From contig OX597835.1 in the NCBI GenBank assembly GCA_951406725.2, positions 36,270,001 to 36,334,000 of the forward strand: a stretch of 64,000 nucleotides of DNA, in the 5' to 3' direction. Within the stretch, counting starts at the first letter, position 1. Every line of letters starts with the position of its first letter. Origin of the DNA: Octopus vulgaris. Its lineage: Eukaryota. Under the pieces are notes generated by a model. That model ran no database searches. It was not told the DNA's origin and worked only from the letters and a program-made list of their open reading frames with translations. A program made the position numbers and the translations under genes. Positions 43,067 to 58,541 of the stretch are shown here, piece after piece.

Positions 43067-43116
<50 letters not shown>

Positions 43117-43190
43117 TATATATATATATATATATATATATTATACATGTATATATATATATATATGAATGTATTTATATATATATATGC

Positions 43191-43266
<76 letters not shown>

Positions 43267-43421
43267 GAAGAGAAAATTTATTGTAACTTAGAGTAGGGAA
43301 GGAAATGGCGAAAAGAGTGACACAGAAAGTCATAGAAAATAGCCACCTCGGGCATCATTTTAAAGACTCCAACATATATATATATATATATGGGTATGTA
43401 CATATATATATACATACATAC

Positions 43422-43459
<38 letters not shown>

Positions 43460-43606
43460 GTATTTATATATATATATACACACACATAGTTGTATAGGTG
43501 CATTAAAGTATAAATCTTACAAGCTAGTTTTCAAGCCGCGATATATACATACGTATAAATATATATATATACATACACACATACAAACATAATTACATAC
43601 ATGTAC

Positions 43607-43669
<63 letters not shown>

Positions 43670-43813
43670 GCGAGAGAAATGAAGAAAGTGACAAGTGATA
43701 ATGGGATAGAGGTGGAAGAAGAAGAAGAAATGAAGAAGAAGAAGAAGAAGAAGAAGAAGAAGAAGAAGAAGAAGAAGAAGAAGAAGAAGAAGAAGAAGAA
43801 GAAGAAGAAGAAG

Positions 43814-43844
<31 letters not shown>

Positions 43845-45120
43845 GGAGGAGGAAAAAGCGGGGGAGTAAGAAGAGGAGGAGATATGCTGAAGTAGAAGAA
43901 GACAGATAGAGCCTGCCCCTGAGGCGGGTGTAAAAACTGCAATCACCAGATCAGTAATAACAACTGCCACAGGAAGCCTTCTATTGTTAATTATATGTCT
44001 TTGATGATTCTACTTACAACTCTTCCATGACCATTGTCTCTTCTCAGCACCACCACAACCAACCCAAACGCCACCACTATCAACACCACCACCACCGATA
44101 ACAACAACGTTATCATCACCGCCACCACCAACTTTACTAACGCCACTCTCACATCTACCGTTCGGACCACCACCACCACCACCACTACAACCACCATCAG
44201 CTTCATCATCATCGACACCACCACCATCATCATCACTATCCACAGCACCACCACTACAATCATCGTCATGGTCATCACCACCACCACCAACAACAACAAC
44301 ATTGTCATCATCATCACCTTCACCATCACCAACACCCACCGCCAACATCGTCATCATCATCACCACCGTCACTGTCACTACCAACAACAACATCATCATC
44401 ACAACCACCATCATCATCATCATCAACAATAATAACATCACCATCAACATCATCACTAACAACAACACCACTATCACCAAAACCACCTCCACAATCACCG
44501 TACCACCACCACCATCATCATCATCACCATCATCACCAATAACAACATCACAGTTCAACATCATCACCAACAACACCTCCACAACCACGTTACCATCACC
44601 ACCACCATCATCATCACCATCAACATTATGACCATTCTCATTAAATGACCATCGTCAGCATCAGCATCATCATCACCACTGCCAACATTATCAATATATG
44701 TACAGCATACATTTTCCTGAAACCTTTGCTTCCAAAATCTATCCGTCGGCCATGCTGGAGCACTGCTCTAAAGGGTTTTAGTTGAAGAAATTGACCCCAG
44801 GACTTATACTTTGTAAGCCTAGTATTTACTCAATCAGTCGATTTTGCCGAATCGTTTCGTTACGGAGACATAAACACACCAGTATTGGTTGCCAAGCGAT
44901 GGTCTTGGAAGCGGGGGGGTGCAAACACAGCAGAGAGACTGCATCTAAGAATATCTGAAGAAAGAGTATTATTCCGAAATATCATATCAGACTATGGATG
45001 ACTTAATTACAACAGGTATATAGCCCATTGTCTGTATTATAGTGCATTGTTGTACCATTCAAAACTTTTTATACTTTACAAACATTACACAATGCTTCAA
45101 GCGAACTACAATACTCTCCT

Positions 45121-45178
<58 letters not shown>

Positions 45179-45324
45179 GTGTGTGTGTGTGTGTGTATAT
45201 ATACATATACATATACATACATATATATAAATTCAAATTACGATGAACGTAAACAAACAAACGAAGTTTGCTTTAGAAGAATTTTAAATTTTGAGAATTT
45301 AAAATCACACACACACACTTACAC

Positions 45325-45357
<33 letters not shown>

Positions 45358-45443
45358 TGTATATATATATATACATACATATATATATATATGTGTATAT
45401 ATGTATGTATGTATATATGTATATATGTAAGTATGTATGTATG

Positions 45444-45475
<32 letters not shown>

Positions 45476-45477
45476 CG

Positions 45478-45569
<92 letters not shown>

Positions 45570-45572
<3 letters not shown>

Positions 45573-46585
45573 GCATCCCATAAACAATCCGGTTTTTTGT
45601 ACTTCTTTTACTTTTCAGAATTAAGATAAACAAAATTCTTCTTTAATTTAAAAATATACTCTCCTTCATTTCCTACAATGCTCTTCCATCTATCTGATAG
45701 ACTTGCAAGGCCCCTCTTCCAAAATTCACTTGTCTGTCACGAAAATTAATCCTCCAGTACTGATCTGACCTCCTCTACAAAATTCATATTTTCTCGGTCC
45801 AAATGATTTTGAAGACCTCGGAATAAATGATAATCAGATGGGGCAATGTCTGGCGAATATGGTTGGTGGGGCATCGTTTCCCATTCAAACTGCTCCAGCC
45901 TTTGGAATGTCATCCTTGCTGTATGTGGCAGAGCATTATCCTTATGGAAGAACACCTTTCGTCTTGAAACCGAAGGCGGTCATTTTTGTTCTAGCGCTAA
46001 CTAAAGCCACTCAAGCTGCTTGCCGTAGATCTCCTTTGTTATTGTTTGGTTTGGGTTTAAAAGTTCAAAGCAGATTAAAACTTGCATATTCCACCAAACA
46101 GATAACGACACCTTACGTGGGTGAAGACCGTCTTTACCCTGGGGTGCGGGTGTTTCTCCTTTCCCTACCCATTGTCTTCGGCGCTTGACATTTCCCGTCA
46201 CCAGTCATTATTCAGTCCAAAAAAAGGGTTCATTCGTGAGATGTGACAACAAAGAAGAGCACACATTTACTCTCTGCGCGCGATTAGACTCGGAAAAGTT
46301 TGTAAGGAATCCATTGACGCAATTTGCTGACTTTTCCAATGGCACGCAGATGTCGATGAATGGTCCAATGACCAAATCCAATCTTCACTGCAGGACGTCC
46401 TCGTTGAGCTCTACTGATCTTCCAGGACGAGGTTCGTCTTCTAGGCTGTAATTTCCGGCTCGGAATTTCTGGTACTACCGTTGACACTGACTTACGCTTA
46501 TTGTCCGAGCCCCATATTCTGCATTAATATTCTTCGCACTTTCCGTTGCGTTGTTGCTATTGTTGAACTCATAAAACAAAGTCAT
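45570..46585 (-). mobile_element. Mariner (DD34D) transposase relic, 5' end missing
   Basis: HKDNALPH, PYSPDIAPSDYHLFRGLQNHL and GLHPRKVSLSVWWN...ELL..NQTIT in shifted frames. The 3' end abuts (TA)n. Confidence 0.9.
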
Positions 46586-46944
46586 TCCAGCCGTGACTAC
46601 CTTGTCTTTGGAAAATTACTTGATTGCTATTACTTCCTTTATGTAAGAGAGTGACTTAAGTTTTAAGGGTGATTTGACTGTTATTTTGTGCATGTCAAGC
46701 GACAACACAGATGCACTTGTTGATGGACTTTGCAGCACTGATAATGATTACCATAGTAGTGATGAGGGGGGTAGTGATGATAATGTCATTTCTATTATAG
46801 CGTTGAAAGAAAATAACTGTTAAAATCGAACTGCACTCTTCAAAACTTGCACTAAGAAAAAGTACATGATAAAATTGCAACCTGCTATCATAGCAAGTTG
46901 GTGTAGGTAGGTTATCCCGTCCCCCTCCATTATTTGTGTGTGTG

Positions 46945-47014
<70 letters not shown>

Positions 47015-47146
47015 CAATTATACCCGCTCAACTTGATTCCTTTTGTAGGTTTTCTTTAATTTGTGGAATGACTCTTTGTAAAGACATCGAAGTCTAAGTT
47101 TGAATCTGTTGAGCACTACAAAGTGTGTTCTATACAGGGGGTAATA

Positions 47147-47210
<64 letters not shown>

Positions 47211-47242
47211 GGAGGGATAGAGAGAAAGGGAGGGAGAGAGAT

Positions 47243-47339
<97 letters not shown>

Positions 47340-47770
47340 TGATTCTTTATTAGCCACACAGGGCTGAACACAGAGGAGACATATTACAAAGTAGAGCTTT
47401 TCTTTTGGGGAGAAAAAGAAAAGAAAAGGAAAAAGGCGGGTAAGATTTCGATCAAAAGGGATCGTAAAAAGAGAGAAAAAAAACGATCAACAGGGATCGT
47501 GTATCACAAAAATGTCATGATGTAAAGTGAAAAGGGGGAAGCAGATAAGGTTTATCCGTGGAAAGAAAAGCCTACGGAAAAGACCACGGTAACCTCGGTC
47601 AATAACGTCATTGCAAGTAAGTAACTCTCTGTCCTAAATTTTTCCGGGTTCATAGGATTGTGCCCAAGGTGGCTTCGTCATTCATATGTGCCATCCTTGC
47701 AACATTCACCCATCTTTTTTTGAAACATTCGCTAGACAAAGCTTGCCTCTCTACTCTCACTTTCCTTTTC
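47340..47770 (-). mobile_element. 5'-truncated copy of the Tx1/L1-like LINE within (GATA)n
   Basis: Collinear with 28935-29445 (tttattagccacacagggctg...ccgtggaaagaaaagcct.cggaaaagaccacggtaacctcggtc). (GATA)n on both flanks. Confidence 0.88.
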
Positions 47771-47787
47771 TAGATAGATACATAGAC

Positions 47788-47881
<94 letters not shown>

Positions 47882-48199
47882 GTCTGCAAATAGATGTGTC
47901 GTTATATAACTATGTGTATACATGTATATATAAATGTGTGAGTCTGTGTGTGTATGTGTGTGTAGACATTTAATTTTGATACACAAACTTCACAATGTCT
48001 TGCAGCTAGTGTTAGCTTCAAAATAAAGAAAAAAAACATTAAAACCCGTACATCCTGCAGCTCATATTGAGTACATTTTATCTAATTTGAAAATACTATC
48101 GTTTACACACACACACACACATACATATATATGTGTTGATATATAAATATATATATATCTTTACAAACACATACATATATATAAATATATATATATAAA

Positions 48200-48281
<82 letters not shown>

Positions 48282-48360
48282 TATACACACGCACGTATGA
48301 ATACATAAATATATGAATATGTATATGTCATACATACATATATATGTGTGTGTGTATATG

Positions 48361-48395
<35 letters not shown>

Positions 48396-48946
48396 GTATA
48401 TGTATATATATATACACACACAGACACAAACACGCTCACACACACGTGCTCCTACACATGTACACACATGTTGTTACACAGGCATATATATTATTATAGT
48501 ATTTATTATCTTACAATACAAAAGAAAACTCTCTGTCCGTTCGCTTCACTATTAATAAGAATGATATTTTTTTCTTATGAGAGCTTCAATAGTAATTGAA
48601 ACACAGTGTACTACGTTTTAGAGTGCCGTGGAAACTTAGTCATCGTATATAGTTATCACTTTGTGCTATATTTTTTACCTTCAACTTAGCCATTATATTA
48701 TAATTTCCTGTGATATCAATTCGCTTCAGTTTGATAACTTTTGATACGTTTTCTAAATCTCTTCGATATTCCACTTACGGTTTTTTTCTTTATTCTTCCA
48801 CTCTTAAATCATGTTTTCCAATTTTTTTTTTGTCTTATCCAAATCAAACACGTTCAAATTCGGTTTTGATATAAATGGTTGTTTCCACAAATATACATAC
48901 ACAACCATTTGTGACACAAATACACACACATCACACCTGCGGTTAG

Positions 48947-49004
<58 letters not shown>

Positions 49005-49220
49005 ACATGGACACACACATACACACGTGTATTCAAACAATATATATGACCGTCTCTCCTATCACTCAATTTCAAGCCTGCTAAAATAAAAACCAGCTTT
49101 AAAAAACAAGAACTGAAAAAGAACAAACACCTTCCAAGAAATTAAACGAGAAGTTGGCGAAAAATCCTCTCCCGGAATCACCAGGTAGTTTTAAATGGAA
49201 TGTATAATATATTATATATA

Positions 49221-49266
<46 letters not shown>

Positions 49267-49300
49267 ATGTGTGTGTGTATAAATACATATATATGTTATA

Positions 49301-49362
<62 letters not shown>

Positions 49363-49664
49363 ATATATATATATATATATGCGCATAAATGAATATATAC
49401 ATATATACTAAATATATATATAATTATATAATCATACATTTATATATGTGTGTGTGTGTGCATCTCTGTGTATATATTTATGTGTGTATACACATGTTTA
49501 TATATATGTGTAACCATATGCATACACGCACGCGTTTGCACACGCACATATATACATACTTATATGGATACATATACATACACACACACACGTGCACACA
49601 CACGTACACACGCACACACATATATACATATACACACGAATATATATATATATGTGTGAGTGCG

Positions 49665-49696
<32 letters not shown>

Positions 49697-51189
49697 AGTG
49701 TGTGTGTCTGTGTGTCTGTGTGTGTGTGTGTGTGTGTCTGTGTCTCTGTACTCACACACTCACGCGTGCGTTACAAGAAAAGCGTAGATCAAAACGTCTG
49801 TAGAAAACCGTATATTTGGAAAGAAAATCGCGAAAAGAATTTTCGCGTCGCACTTCCGTATTTACCTATCAATTACGGTTATACTGCAATCGACGGATAC
49901 CACTTCCATGCCGCTCCTGTGATTCGTGTCAGCTGAAAAGCTAATCTGTAAATACAAGCGAAGTATATAAAACATTTAATAAAAGAAATTGAGAACAATA
50001 GCTATATAATTTAATCGCTTACGTTACAATCATCTAAGCAGTTCATCTACTGATGTTGTACGTTTCGTAGATGCAGCTGTGTGGTTAAGAAGCTCTCTTT
50101 GCAACCACACGGTTCCGGTTTCAGTCCTAATTCGCGGGACTTCAGTTTAATGTTTTCTATTATAAGTCTGGGCAAACCAATTTGTTATAGGGACCTGTGT
50201 GAAAGCACGTCGTAAGTATGTAGATATTTGCTTCAACGACCTGCAAGGATATTAATTTGAATAAAGCTGTATTGATATATCTACTCTGGATGAAAGTATC
50301 TTGTAATTAAACCAAGATGTAATTAAATGCATCTTCTGACGTCTGTGCAGCAGAAACAGGCGCCGTACTGAAATTTAACGTGAAGTGAATGTATTGTTTA
50401 TAATACGGTAATAAACAAGTTTTGATAATGTATAATTTTCCATTTATTTTTATAATGTAAGTGAACAAACGAAAGGAAAGACATGTCGACATATTTAGTA
50501 GGAGTTACTAAGATTATTGTTTAAAACAGATTGATTCGGCTACACGTGGCTCAAAATTTCGCTTTGTTCAGTAAAAACAATAACAAATGAAGGGTCGATG
50601 TTTAATCACTCGCCAAACAAGAAATAAAAACGAAATATCCCTCAGAATGTTTTTCGTTGGATAATGTTGCGCTGGGTGACCAGGACTAGGAACACCTTTA
50701 ATCCAAAGTGGCTGTGGGATAGCTACTTCAGATGGGATCATCAAAAAAACAAGAACATGAATGTAACGCTGAAAATCTGTTTATATATTCAACGAATCCA
50801 GCAGTTAACAAAAACTGGCAAACGTGCAATATTGTTAACACGCCGAACAACATTTTTAGAGGTATTTCGTTATTTCTTTACATTGAGTTCGAATTCTGCC
50901 AAGGTCTACTTTGCCTTTCATCCTTTCAAGGTCGGTAAAATGAGTACCAGTTGTAGATTGGGTCGATGTAATCGACTAGACCCTACCCTAAAAATATTTA
51001 AGGTTTTGTGTCTAGAGTTGAAATGACTATTATCCTTCCTGCTGCTGTTGATGCTGTTGCTGTCGATGCTACCCCTGTTGCTGCTGCTGCCGTGTTTCTT
51101 GCTGTCGTTGTGGTTATTGTTCTTCTTGTAGTTATTCTTCTGGTTGATGTTGTTGCTTTTTTCGCTGGTGCTCTTTCTGCTGTTATTGT

Positions 51190-51705
51190 CTTCTTCTTCT
51201 TCTTCTTCTTCTTCTTCTTCTTCTTCCAATCAGGGCTCATGCCATTAGCCACAAAGAATAATCTCTAATTCGAGCCTACTCTAAGCTACTAAGAATGCGT
51301 GTGGCAACTTGAAGATCCACCCACCACACGCGATAGACTGGCGGTTGCACGGGCACGAAAGCTACGTTGTTATCCTCATTCCGTAAACGATGGCTTTTAA
51401 CGGGTGGAGAGCTGAACCATCATGGGGTACTGAGGATTCACAATCTAGACTAGGGTTTGAAAGTTTACCACACCACAGTAGGTTACACCATGGTTCCTCT
51501 GCTTTGTGACAGAAGTAGGAAGAAAGAGTGAGAGAAAGTTGTGGTGAAAGAGTACAACGGGATTCAGCACCATCCCCCCGCCGGAGCCTCGTAGAGCTTA
51601 GGTGTTTTTGCTCAATAACCACTTACAATGCCCGGTCTGAGAATCGAAACCGCGTTCTTACGACCGCGAGTCCGCTGCCCTAACCACTGGGCCATTGCGC
51701 CCCCA
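51190..51705 (-). mobile_element. tRNA-derived SINE family A (tail type 3)
   Basis: Family A head and core at ~51520-51705, then a long unrelated segment ending at (GAA)n. The tail boundary is inferred. Confidence 0.75.
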
Positions 51706-53253
51706 CTACTGCTTTTGTTGCTGTTGCTGTTGTTATTGCTGTCACTGCTGCTATTGCTGCTGCTTCTGCTGCTGCTTCTTCTGCTGCTGCTGCTGCTGCT
51801 GCTAATGTTGCTGTTATTACTTTTGTTGTTTTTGTTGATGGTGGTGGTGGTGGTGGTGGTGGTGGTGGTGGTACTTTGGTTTGTGCTTTGGTCTGTGCTG
51901 GTGTTTCTGTCGCCAATATTCCTTGGTCCGGTTGGGATTTCAAAACGTCACACTTCTTTTACTTCGCCTCCTTCTTCTTCATCTCTTCCTCCCCTTCCTC
52001 ATCCCTTCCTCCCCTTCCTCATCCCCACCCTCCTCATTTCTCATTCTAATTAAGAAACCATCAACCGCTTTTGACATTTCTTTCATCCGTTTCTAGTTTG
52101 AAAATTAAACGCTTTCTCTCTCACAAGTTGTGTGTGAGTGTGTATGTGTGTGTATGTGTGTGTGTATGTGTGTGTATATGTGTGTGTCTGAGAGAGTGTG
52201 TGTGTGTTTCTGAGGGAGAGAGTCTATGTGTGTGTGTGCGTTTGTCTGTGTTTGTGTGTGTATTTATGTTTGATGTGTGCTCGTATGTGTGTATATTTAT
52301 ATGCGTGTGTTCAAGGATGCGTAATAGTGTCTGTCTATGCGTGTGTGTGTGTGTGTATGTGTGTATGTGTGATGTGTGTGTGTGTGTAAGTATGCGCATT
52401 TGTGTATATGTTTCTGTGCGTGTGTATATATGGGTGCGACTGTACGTTTGTGTCTCTCTACGTGTCTGAATATGTGAGGATCTACATATGAGTGTGTGCG
52501 TGTGTGTGTGTGTGTGTGTATGTGCGTGTATGTGTGTATGATTGTGTGCATATGTATATGCATGCGTAACTGTGCTGGTGTATACGTGTGCATATGCATA
52601 TATATATATATGCATACGTCTATGAGTGCATATGGATATGTGTGTGCGTTTGTGTGGATGCTCATCTGTGTGCATGTGTGAATCTGTTTGCTTGTGTGTG
52701 TGTATAACTTATGTGGGAATGTGTGTATGCATGTATAAGTAAATATATTTCCATATGTATACATACATGTGTGTGCATCTGTGCGTATATATGTGTTTGT
52801 GTACATTTTGCTAACGTCTTACGAATGTATATACTTCAAGAGAACAATTCCACGCACCCGATCTTATGTGCAAGACACGGATTAATAGATTAAAACAGAT
52901 CACAATAGGCATCTGTGCTTCATAAAAAATGCAGAAACAACGCAGAAGGCAAATCAACGGCTGCATTTTTCAGGGGATAATATCTCCTGTGGACGTAACG
53001 TGTTTAAGCACACAAAACTATATCAGTAGCAGACGACGACAATCGTACATCCTTAGTAAGTGTATTACACAAATGTGTATGTGTGTGTATTCTTTTATTC
53101 TTTTGTTTCAGTCATTTGACAGCAGCCATGCTGGAGCACCGCCTTTAGTCGAACAAATCGACCCAACGACTTATTCTTTGTAAGCCTAGTACTTATTACA
53201 TTGGTCTCTTTTGCCGAACCGCTAAGTTACACACAAATTTATACATATGTATC

Positions 53254-53323
<70 letters not shown>

Positions 53324-53385
53324 CATTTTCCATCTTTCCTTCTAAAAGCCAACTATTTTTCAACGTTATGATGATGATACTATTA

Positions 53386-53819
53386 CTGAGTGAGAGAGTA
53401 GTGCGTGTCATCAAAGTGTGACCCTGGTGTAAAATATACGAAGCGCAGTATACCCATCATGACTACTCGTCTGATAAGGGAATGCCAGCTACATGCATCA
53501 CAACGATATGTGCACGACATATCAAGATGAACAGTGTATGACCTTTAATTTTCTTGCTGTCGAGTAGCCCATCCCACTCAAATAGTCCTTGAATAAGAGT
53601 TGTTTAAGGATGATGAACGAAACACCCATGTTTCCAGAGGTGAATTATTCAATCTCCAAAGAGTACCTCTCAACACATGGCTATGTTGCTGCTCCCCCAC
53701 AACTTCTGCTCGTGATCAGAGATGCCATATTGTCAGCCACCAAGGGACATGTTCAACTGGTTAAGGTCAAATAACTGACATGCAAATCTGTGGTATTGGG
53801 CAGAATATTTGCTGTAGCC

Positions 53820-53820
<1 letters not shown>
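53386..53820. repeat. Longer copy of the (ATT)n-associated repeat at 10007-10243
   Basis: Shares the first ~200 bp with 10007-10243 and ends at an (ATT)n tract. Confidence 0.78.
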
Positions 53821-53880
<60 letters not shown>

Positions 53881-54101
53881 GTTTTTGTTGTTGTTATTAT
53901 CATTAAAGTCTAACAGGACAGATTTTCTTATGTGTTGAAAAAAATGGTCAGATGCATTCCTTCTGGTTGTACTGATGTCCATTTTTTCAATGGTAAGTTC
54001 TGGGGTCGATGTTAATGACTAACTCCTTCTCCTTAAAACTACTGGCCTTGTGCCAAAATCTGAAACCACACACATACACACACACGCACTCACACACACA
54101 C

Positions 54102-54131
<30 letters not shown>

Positions 54132-54132
<1 letters not shown>

Positions 54133-54323
54133 GGCACAACATGGCTCTGTGGTAAGCAGTCTACTACCCAATGACATGAAACCGGTTTCAGTACCACTGC
54201 ATGGCACTTTGGCTCTTTTGTAAATCTCAGGCCGACCAAAGCCTTATGAGCGGAGTTGTTAGACGGAAACTGTAAGAAGCCCGTTGTCTGTGTGCATGTA
54301 TGTATGTATGTATGTATGTATGT

Positions 54324-54383
<60 letters not shown>

Positions 54384-54600
54384 TGTGTGTGTGTCTGAGT
54401 TTTTATTTGTCCCCCCCCACCCCCGACACCGATTAACAAGCAGTGCTGGTGTGTTTTCGTTCCCGCAACGTAACAGAGACTGGTAGAATATCAGGCTTTA
54501 AAAATGTAAGTCCTGCGGTCGATCTATTCCACTAAAAATAATCTCCAGCGCGGTGTCCCAGCATGGCTGCAGTCTAAGGACTAAAATAAGAATAAGATAC
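54132..54600 (+). mobile_element. Diverged SINE family C
   Basis: tggctctgtggtaag...ggccgaccaaagccttatgag...agacggaaactg...ccagcatggctgcagtc. Confidence 0.72.
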
Positions 54601-54627
54601 ATACACACACACACACACACACACACT

Positions 54628-54749
<122 letters not shown>

Positions 54750-55310
54750 AATGAGTAAAAAGAAATTCCCAGGACCATAGCTGAAAGGACTTGTCCAAAG
54801 TGCCTCGCGGTGGGACTGAACCTGAAACCACGTAATCAGGAAGAAAACTTCTTGCAACACACCCTCGCCTTCGCCTATCAGTAAGAAGAATAACGATATT
54901 AAACATAAATGCCTTCCACCAAAGAAAAAGACATCGTCAAAATCTTTTACCTAATAAATAGCAAACGGAAAAGAAAAAAAAATTCGAAGAAGAAAAAAGA
55001 GAAATTAAAGGCAAAGACGAAAGAGAAATAAAACGCCATAACTGTCACGTGATTGGTCACATGATTCTGATTTAGATATTTGAAATATGAAATGAAATAA
55101 TGAATATAAACAAAAAAATATTACAATTTCAATCCTGAAAACGGAAGATAAAAAAATATAGTGAAAAGTGGTAAAGCGCACGCGCATAGACATCTATGTT
55201 TGTCAGTACGTACGTATGTATGCATGTATGTATGTATGTATGTATGTATGTATGTATATATGTATGTATGTATGTATATTCATATGTCTGTATGAGTAGA
55301 TAGGTATATA

Positions 55311-55366
<56 letters not shown>

Positions 55367-55391
55367 TAGATAGATAGATAGACAGACAGAC

Positions 55392-55459
<68 letters not shown>

Positions 55460-55954
55460 TCACGTACACATACGTGTAAAAGTATATATAAATATATATA
55501 TATATGATATATATATGTGTGTGTGTGTGTGTTTGTATGTATATATTCATATATGTACACGCACACACACACATATACACGGGCACATACATATATACAT
55601 ATGATGTACAAACACACTCAGACACACACCCATCCATAGACCCTCTCCTCCACATATACACACTTTCACTTTCTCTTTCTCACTCACGCACACACACACA
55701 CACACACATTCATACGCACACACACTAGAGTGTACGCATGCATTCAATTTCGTTATCGTAATACTGGTGATCTTTGCAAGTTCACGCAGCGACGCCCGGG
55801 GCCGGTGCTAGTCTTAATGATAATGTATTAGTTAGCTTTGTTTGTTGCTTGTTGTGTTCAGTCAGATCAGAGCCACCGTATTTAGTTTCTATTGGAGGAA
55901 ACTAAGAGTCACGTAGTTGCCAATGAGCCGCCATATTGATAAGTCTTAATCAGT

Positions 55955-57110
55955 GTGTATTTGCTTGAGCGCCTTGCGTGTGTGAGTGTGTGTGTGTGTG
56001 TGTCTATGTGTGTGTATGAGTACCTGTGTGTGTGAGTGTATTTGCAAGAGTGTCTTGTGTATGTGTGTGTATGTGTATGTATTTGCATGAGCGCCTTTTG
56101 TGTGTGAGTGTGTGTATGTGTGCCTATGAGTGTGTATGTGTACGTCAGTGCTTTGTGTACGCATATGTGTATGTATGTGAGTGTATTCGCATGAGCGCCT
56201 TGCGTGTGTGTTTGCGTGTCTACGTGTGTGTATGTGTACGTGAGTGTTTTGTGTATGTATGTGTGTGTAAGTGTATTTGCAAGAGTGTCTTGTGCATGTG
56301 TGTCCATGTGTGTGTATATGTGTATATATTTGCATGAGCGCCTCGCGCGCGCGTGTGTATGTGTGTGTGTGTATATATGTCTGTGTATTTGCAAGAGTGT
56401 CTTGTGCATGGTGTATATGTGTATGTATTTGCATGAGCGCCTTGCGTGTGTGTGTGCGTGTGTGTGTGTGTGTGTATGTCTGTGTATTTGCAAGAGTATC
56501 TTGTGTATGTATGCCCATGTCTGTGTGTATGTGTATGTATTGGCATGAACGCCTTGCGTGTGTGTGTACGTGTCTATGTGTCTGTGCGTGTCTATGTGTG
56601 TGTATGTGTACGTGAGTATTTTCTGTACACATGTGTGTGTGTATGTGAGTGTATTTGCAGGAGTGTCTTGTGTATGTATGCCCATGTGTGTGTATGTGTA
56701 TATATTTGCATGAATGCAAATATGTGTGTGTATATGTGTGTCTATTTGCAAGAGTATCTTGTGTATGTATGCCCATGTGTGTGTATGTGTATGTATTTGC
56801 ATGAGTCGTTTGTGTGTGTGTGTGCGTGTGTCTATGAGTGTGTGTGCGTGGGCGCCTTGTGTATAAGTGTGCATGAGCGCTTTATGTGTGTGTGTATTTG
56901 CATGAGTGTCTTGTGTATGTGTGTATGTATGTGCATGAGCGTTTTGTGTATGTGTGTGAATGTCTCGTGTGTGTGTGTGTGTGTCTATATGTGTGTATGC
57001 ATGTGCATGAGTGCTTTGTGTGTGTATTTGCAAGAGTGTTTTGTGTATGTATACACATGTGTACGTGTATGTGTATGTATTTGCATGAGTGTCTTGTGTG
57101 TGTGTGTCTA
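55955..57110. repeat. Complex minisatellite: alternating anchor motifs separated by variable (GT)n
   Basis: About 20 copies of gtatttgcaagagtgtcttgtg / gtatttgcatgagcgccttgcg and hybrids of the two. Confidence 0.85.
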
Positions 57111-57590
57111 TGTGTGTGTATGTGAATGAGTCTTGTGTATTAGTGTCTATGTGTGTGCATGTGTGCTTTGCGTATGTATTTGTGTATGTGTGTGTGTATA
57201 TGTACATGAATGTCTTGTGTATGTATGCACATGTGTGTATGTGTGTGTATGCGCTGAGTGCTTTGTGTATGTTTGTGAAGATGTGTAACTATGTATGTGC
57301 GTCTATGCGTGCGTATGCATGTGTATGTACATGAGTTTCTTGTGTGTGTATGTGTGTGTGTATGTGTATGCATGTGCATGTGCAACTTGCGTATGTATGT
57401 GTTCGTGTATTTGTATTCGTTTACGAAGAAGTGTATCCATGTATGTGAGTCTATGTGTTTGCGTGTCTGTGTGTGTATGTGTATATCTGTGTGTATGCGT
57501 CTGTTTGTACGTGTGTACATGTGTGTATGTGTCTGCTTGTATATTTTGTGTATGTATACCTATGTGTGTGTATATGCATCAGTGCCCTGC

Positions 57591-57626
<36 letters not shown>

Positions 57627-58023
57627 ATGTGTGTGTGTGTTCCTGTATTTGTATCTGCTTGTGAAGATGTGTGTCTTTATGTGTATGTGTTTATGTGTGT
57701 CTGCGTGCCTGTGTATTCCAAGAGAAGCTGTGTATTTAAGTCTATCTTTGTATGCCTGTGTCTGTTTGCGAAAATCTGTTGTTATATCTGTATGTATGTA
57801 TGCATGTATGTACGTATGCATGTATGCATGTGTGTGTATGTATGTGTGAATATATGTATGTATGCATGTATGCATGTGTGTGTATGTATGTATGTATGCA
57901 TGCGTGTGTGTGTATGTATGTATGTATGTATGTATGTATGTATGTATGTATGTATGAATATATGTATGTATGTATGCATGTGTGTGTATGTATGTATGTA
58001 TGTATGTGTATGTATATCTGTAT

Positions 58024-58326
58024 GTGATCACATGATCACGTGACTGACCAGACCATCAGATGTTGCTACACATCGCTAGTCACAATGCGTTCGCATTGTT
58101 TTAGCCTACGAATGACGCCACCCCGCTGGCTAAGCGAGCAGGCCAACAGAAGAAAGAGTGAGTGAAAGAGTGGTGAAGGAGTACAGCAGGGACCACCAAC
58201 CCCAGAGATTCGTGGAGCTTTTAGGTGTTTTCACTCAATAAACACACACAACGCCCGGTCTGGGAATCGAAACCGCGATCCTACGACCGTGAGTCCGCTG
58301 CCCTAACCACTGGGCCATTGCGCCTC
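58024..58326 (-). mobile_element. tRNA-derived SINE family A (tail type 4)
   Basis: Family A head and core, then the tail tgttggcctgctcgcttagccagcgggg...gtcagtcacgtgatca. Confidence 0.85.
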
Positions 58327-58349
58327 GACTGCTGTTGCTGTTGGAGCTA

Positions 58350-58484
58350 CTGTTATCTTCCCAACCACATGGTTCTGGGTTCAGTCCCACTGCGTGGCAC
58401 CTTGGGGAAGTGTCTTCTACTATAGCCTCGGGCCGACCAAAGCCTTCTGAGTGGATTTGGTAGACGGAAACTGAAATAAGCTCG

Positions 58485-58541
<57 letters not shown>

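Noticed and set aside
55909-57207. 432-aa His/Thr-rich ORF, and a possible CRISPR-like repeat-spacer look
   Set aside because: It is the reverse translation of a GT-rich minisatellite. Spacers are low-complexity, variable in length and related to each other, there are no cas genes, and the context is eukaryotic.
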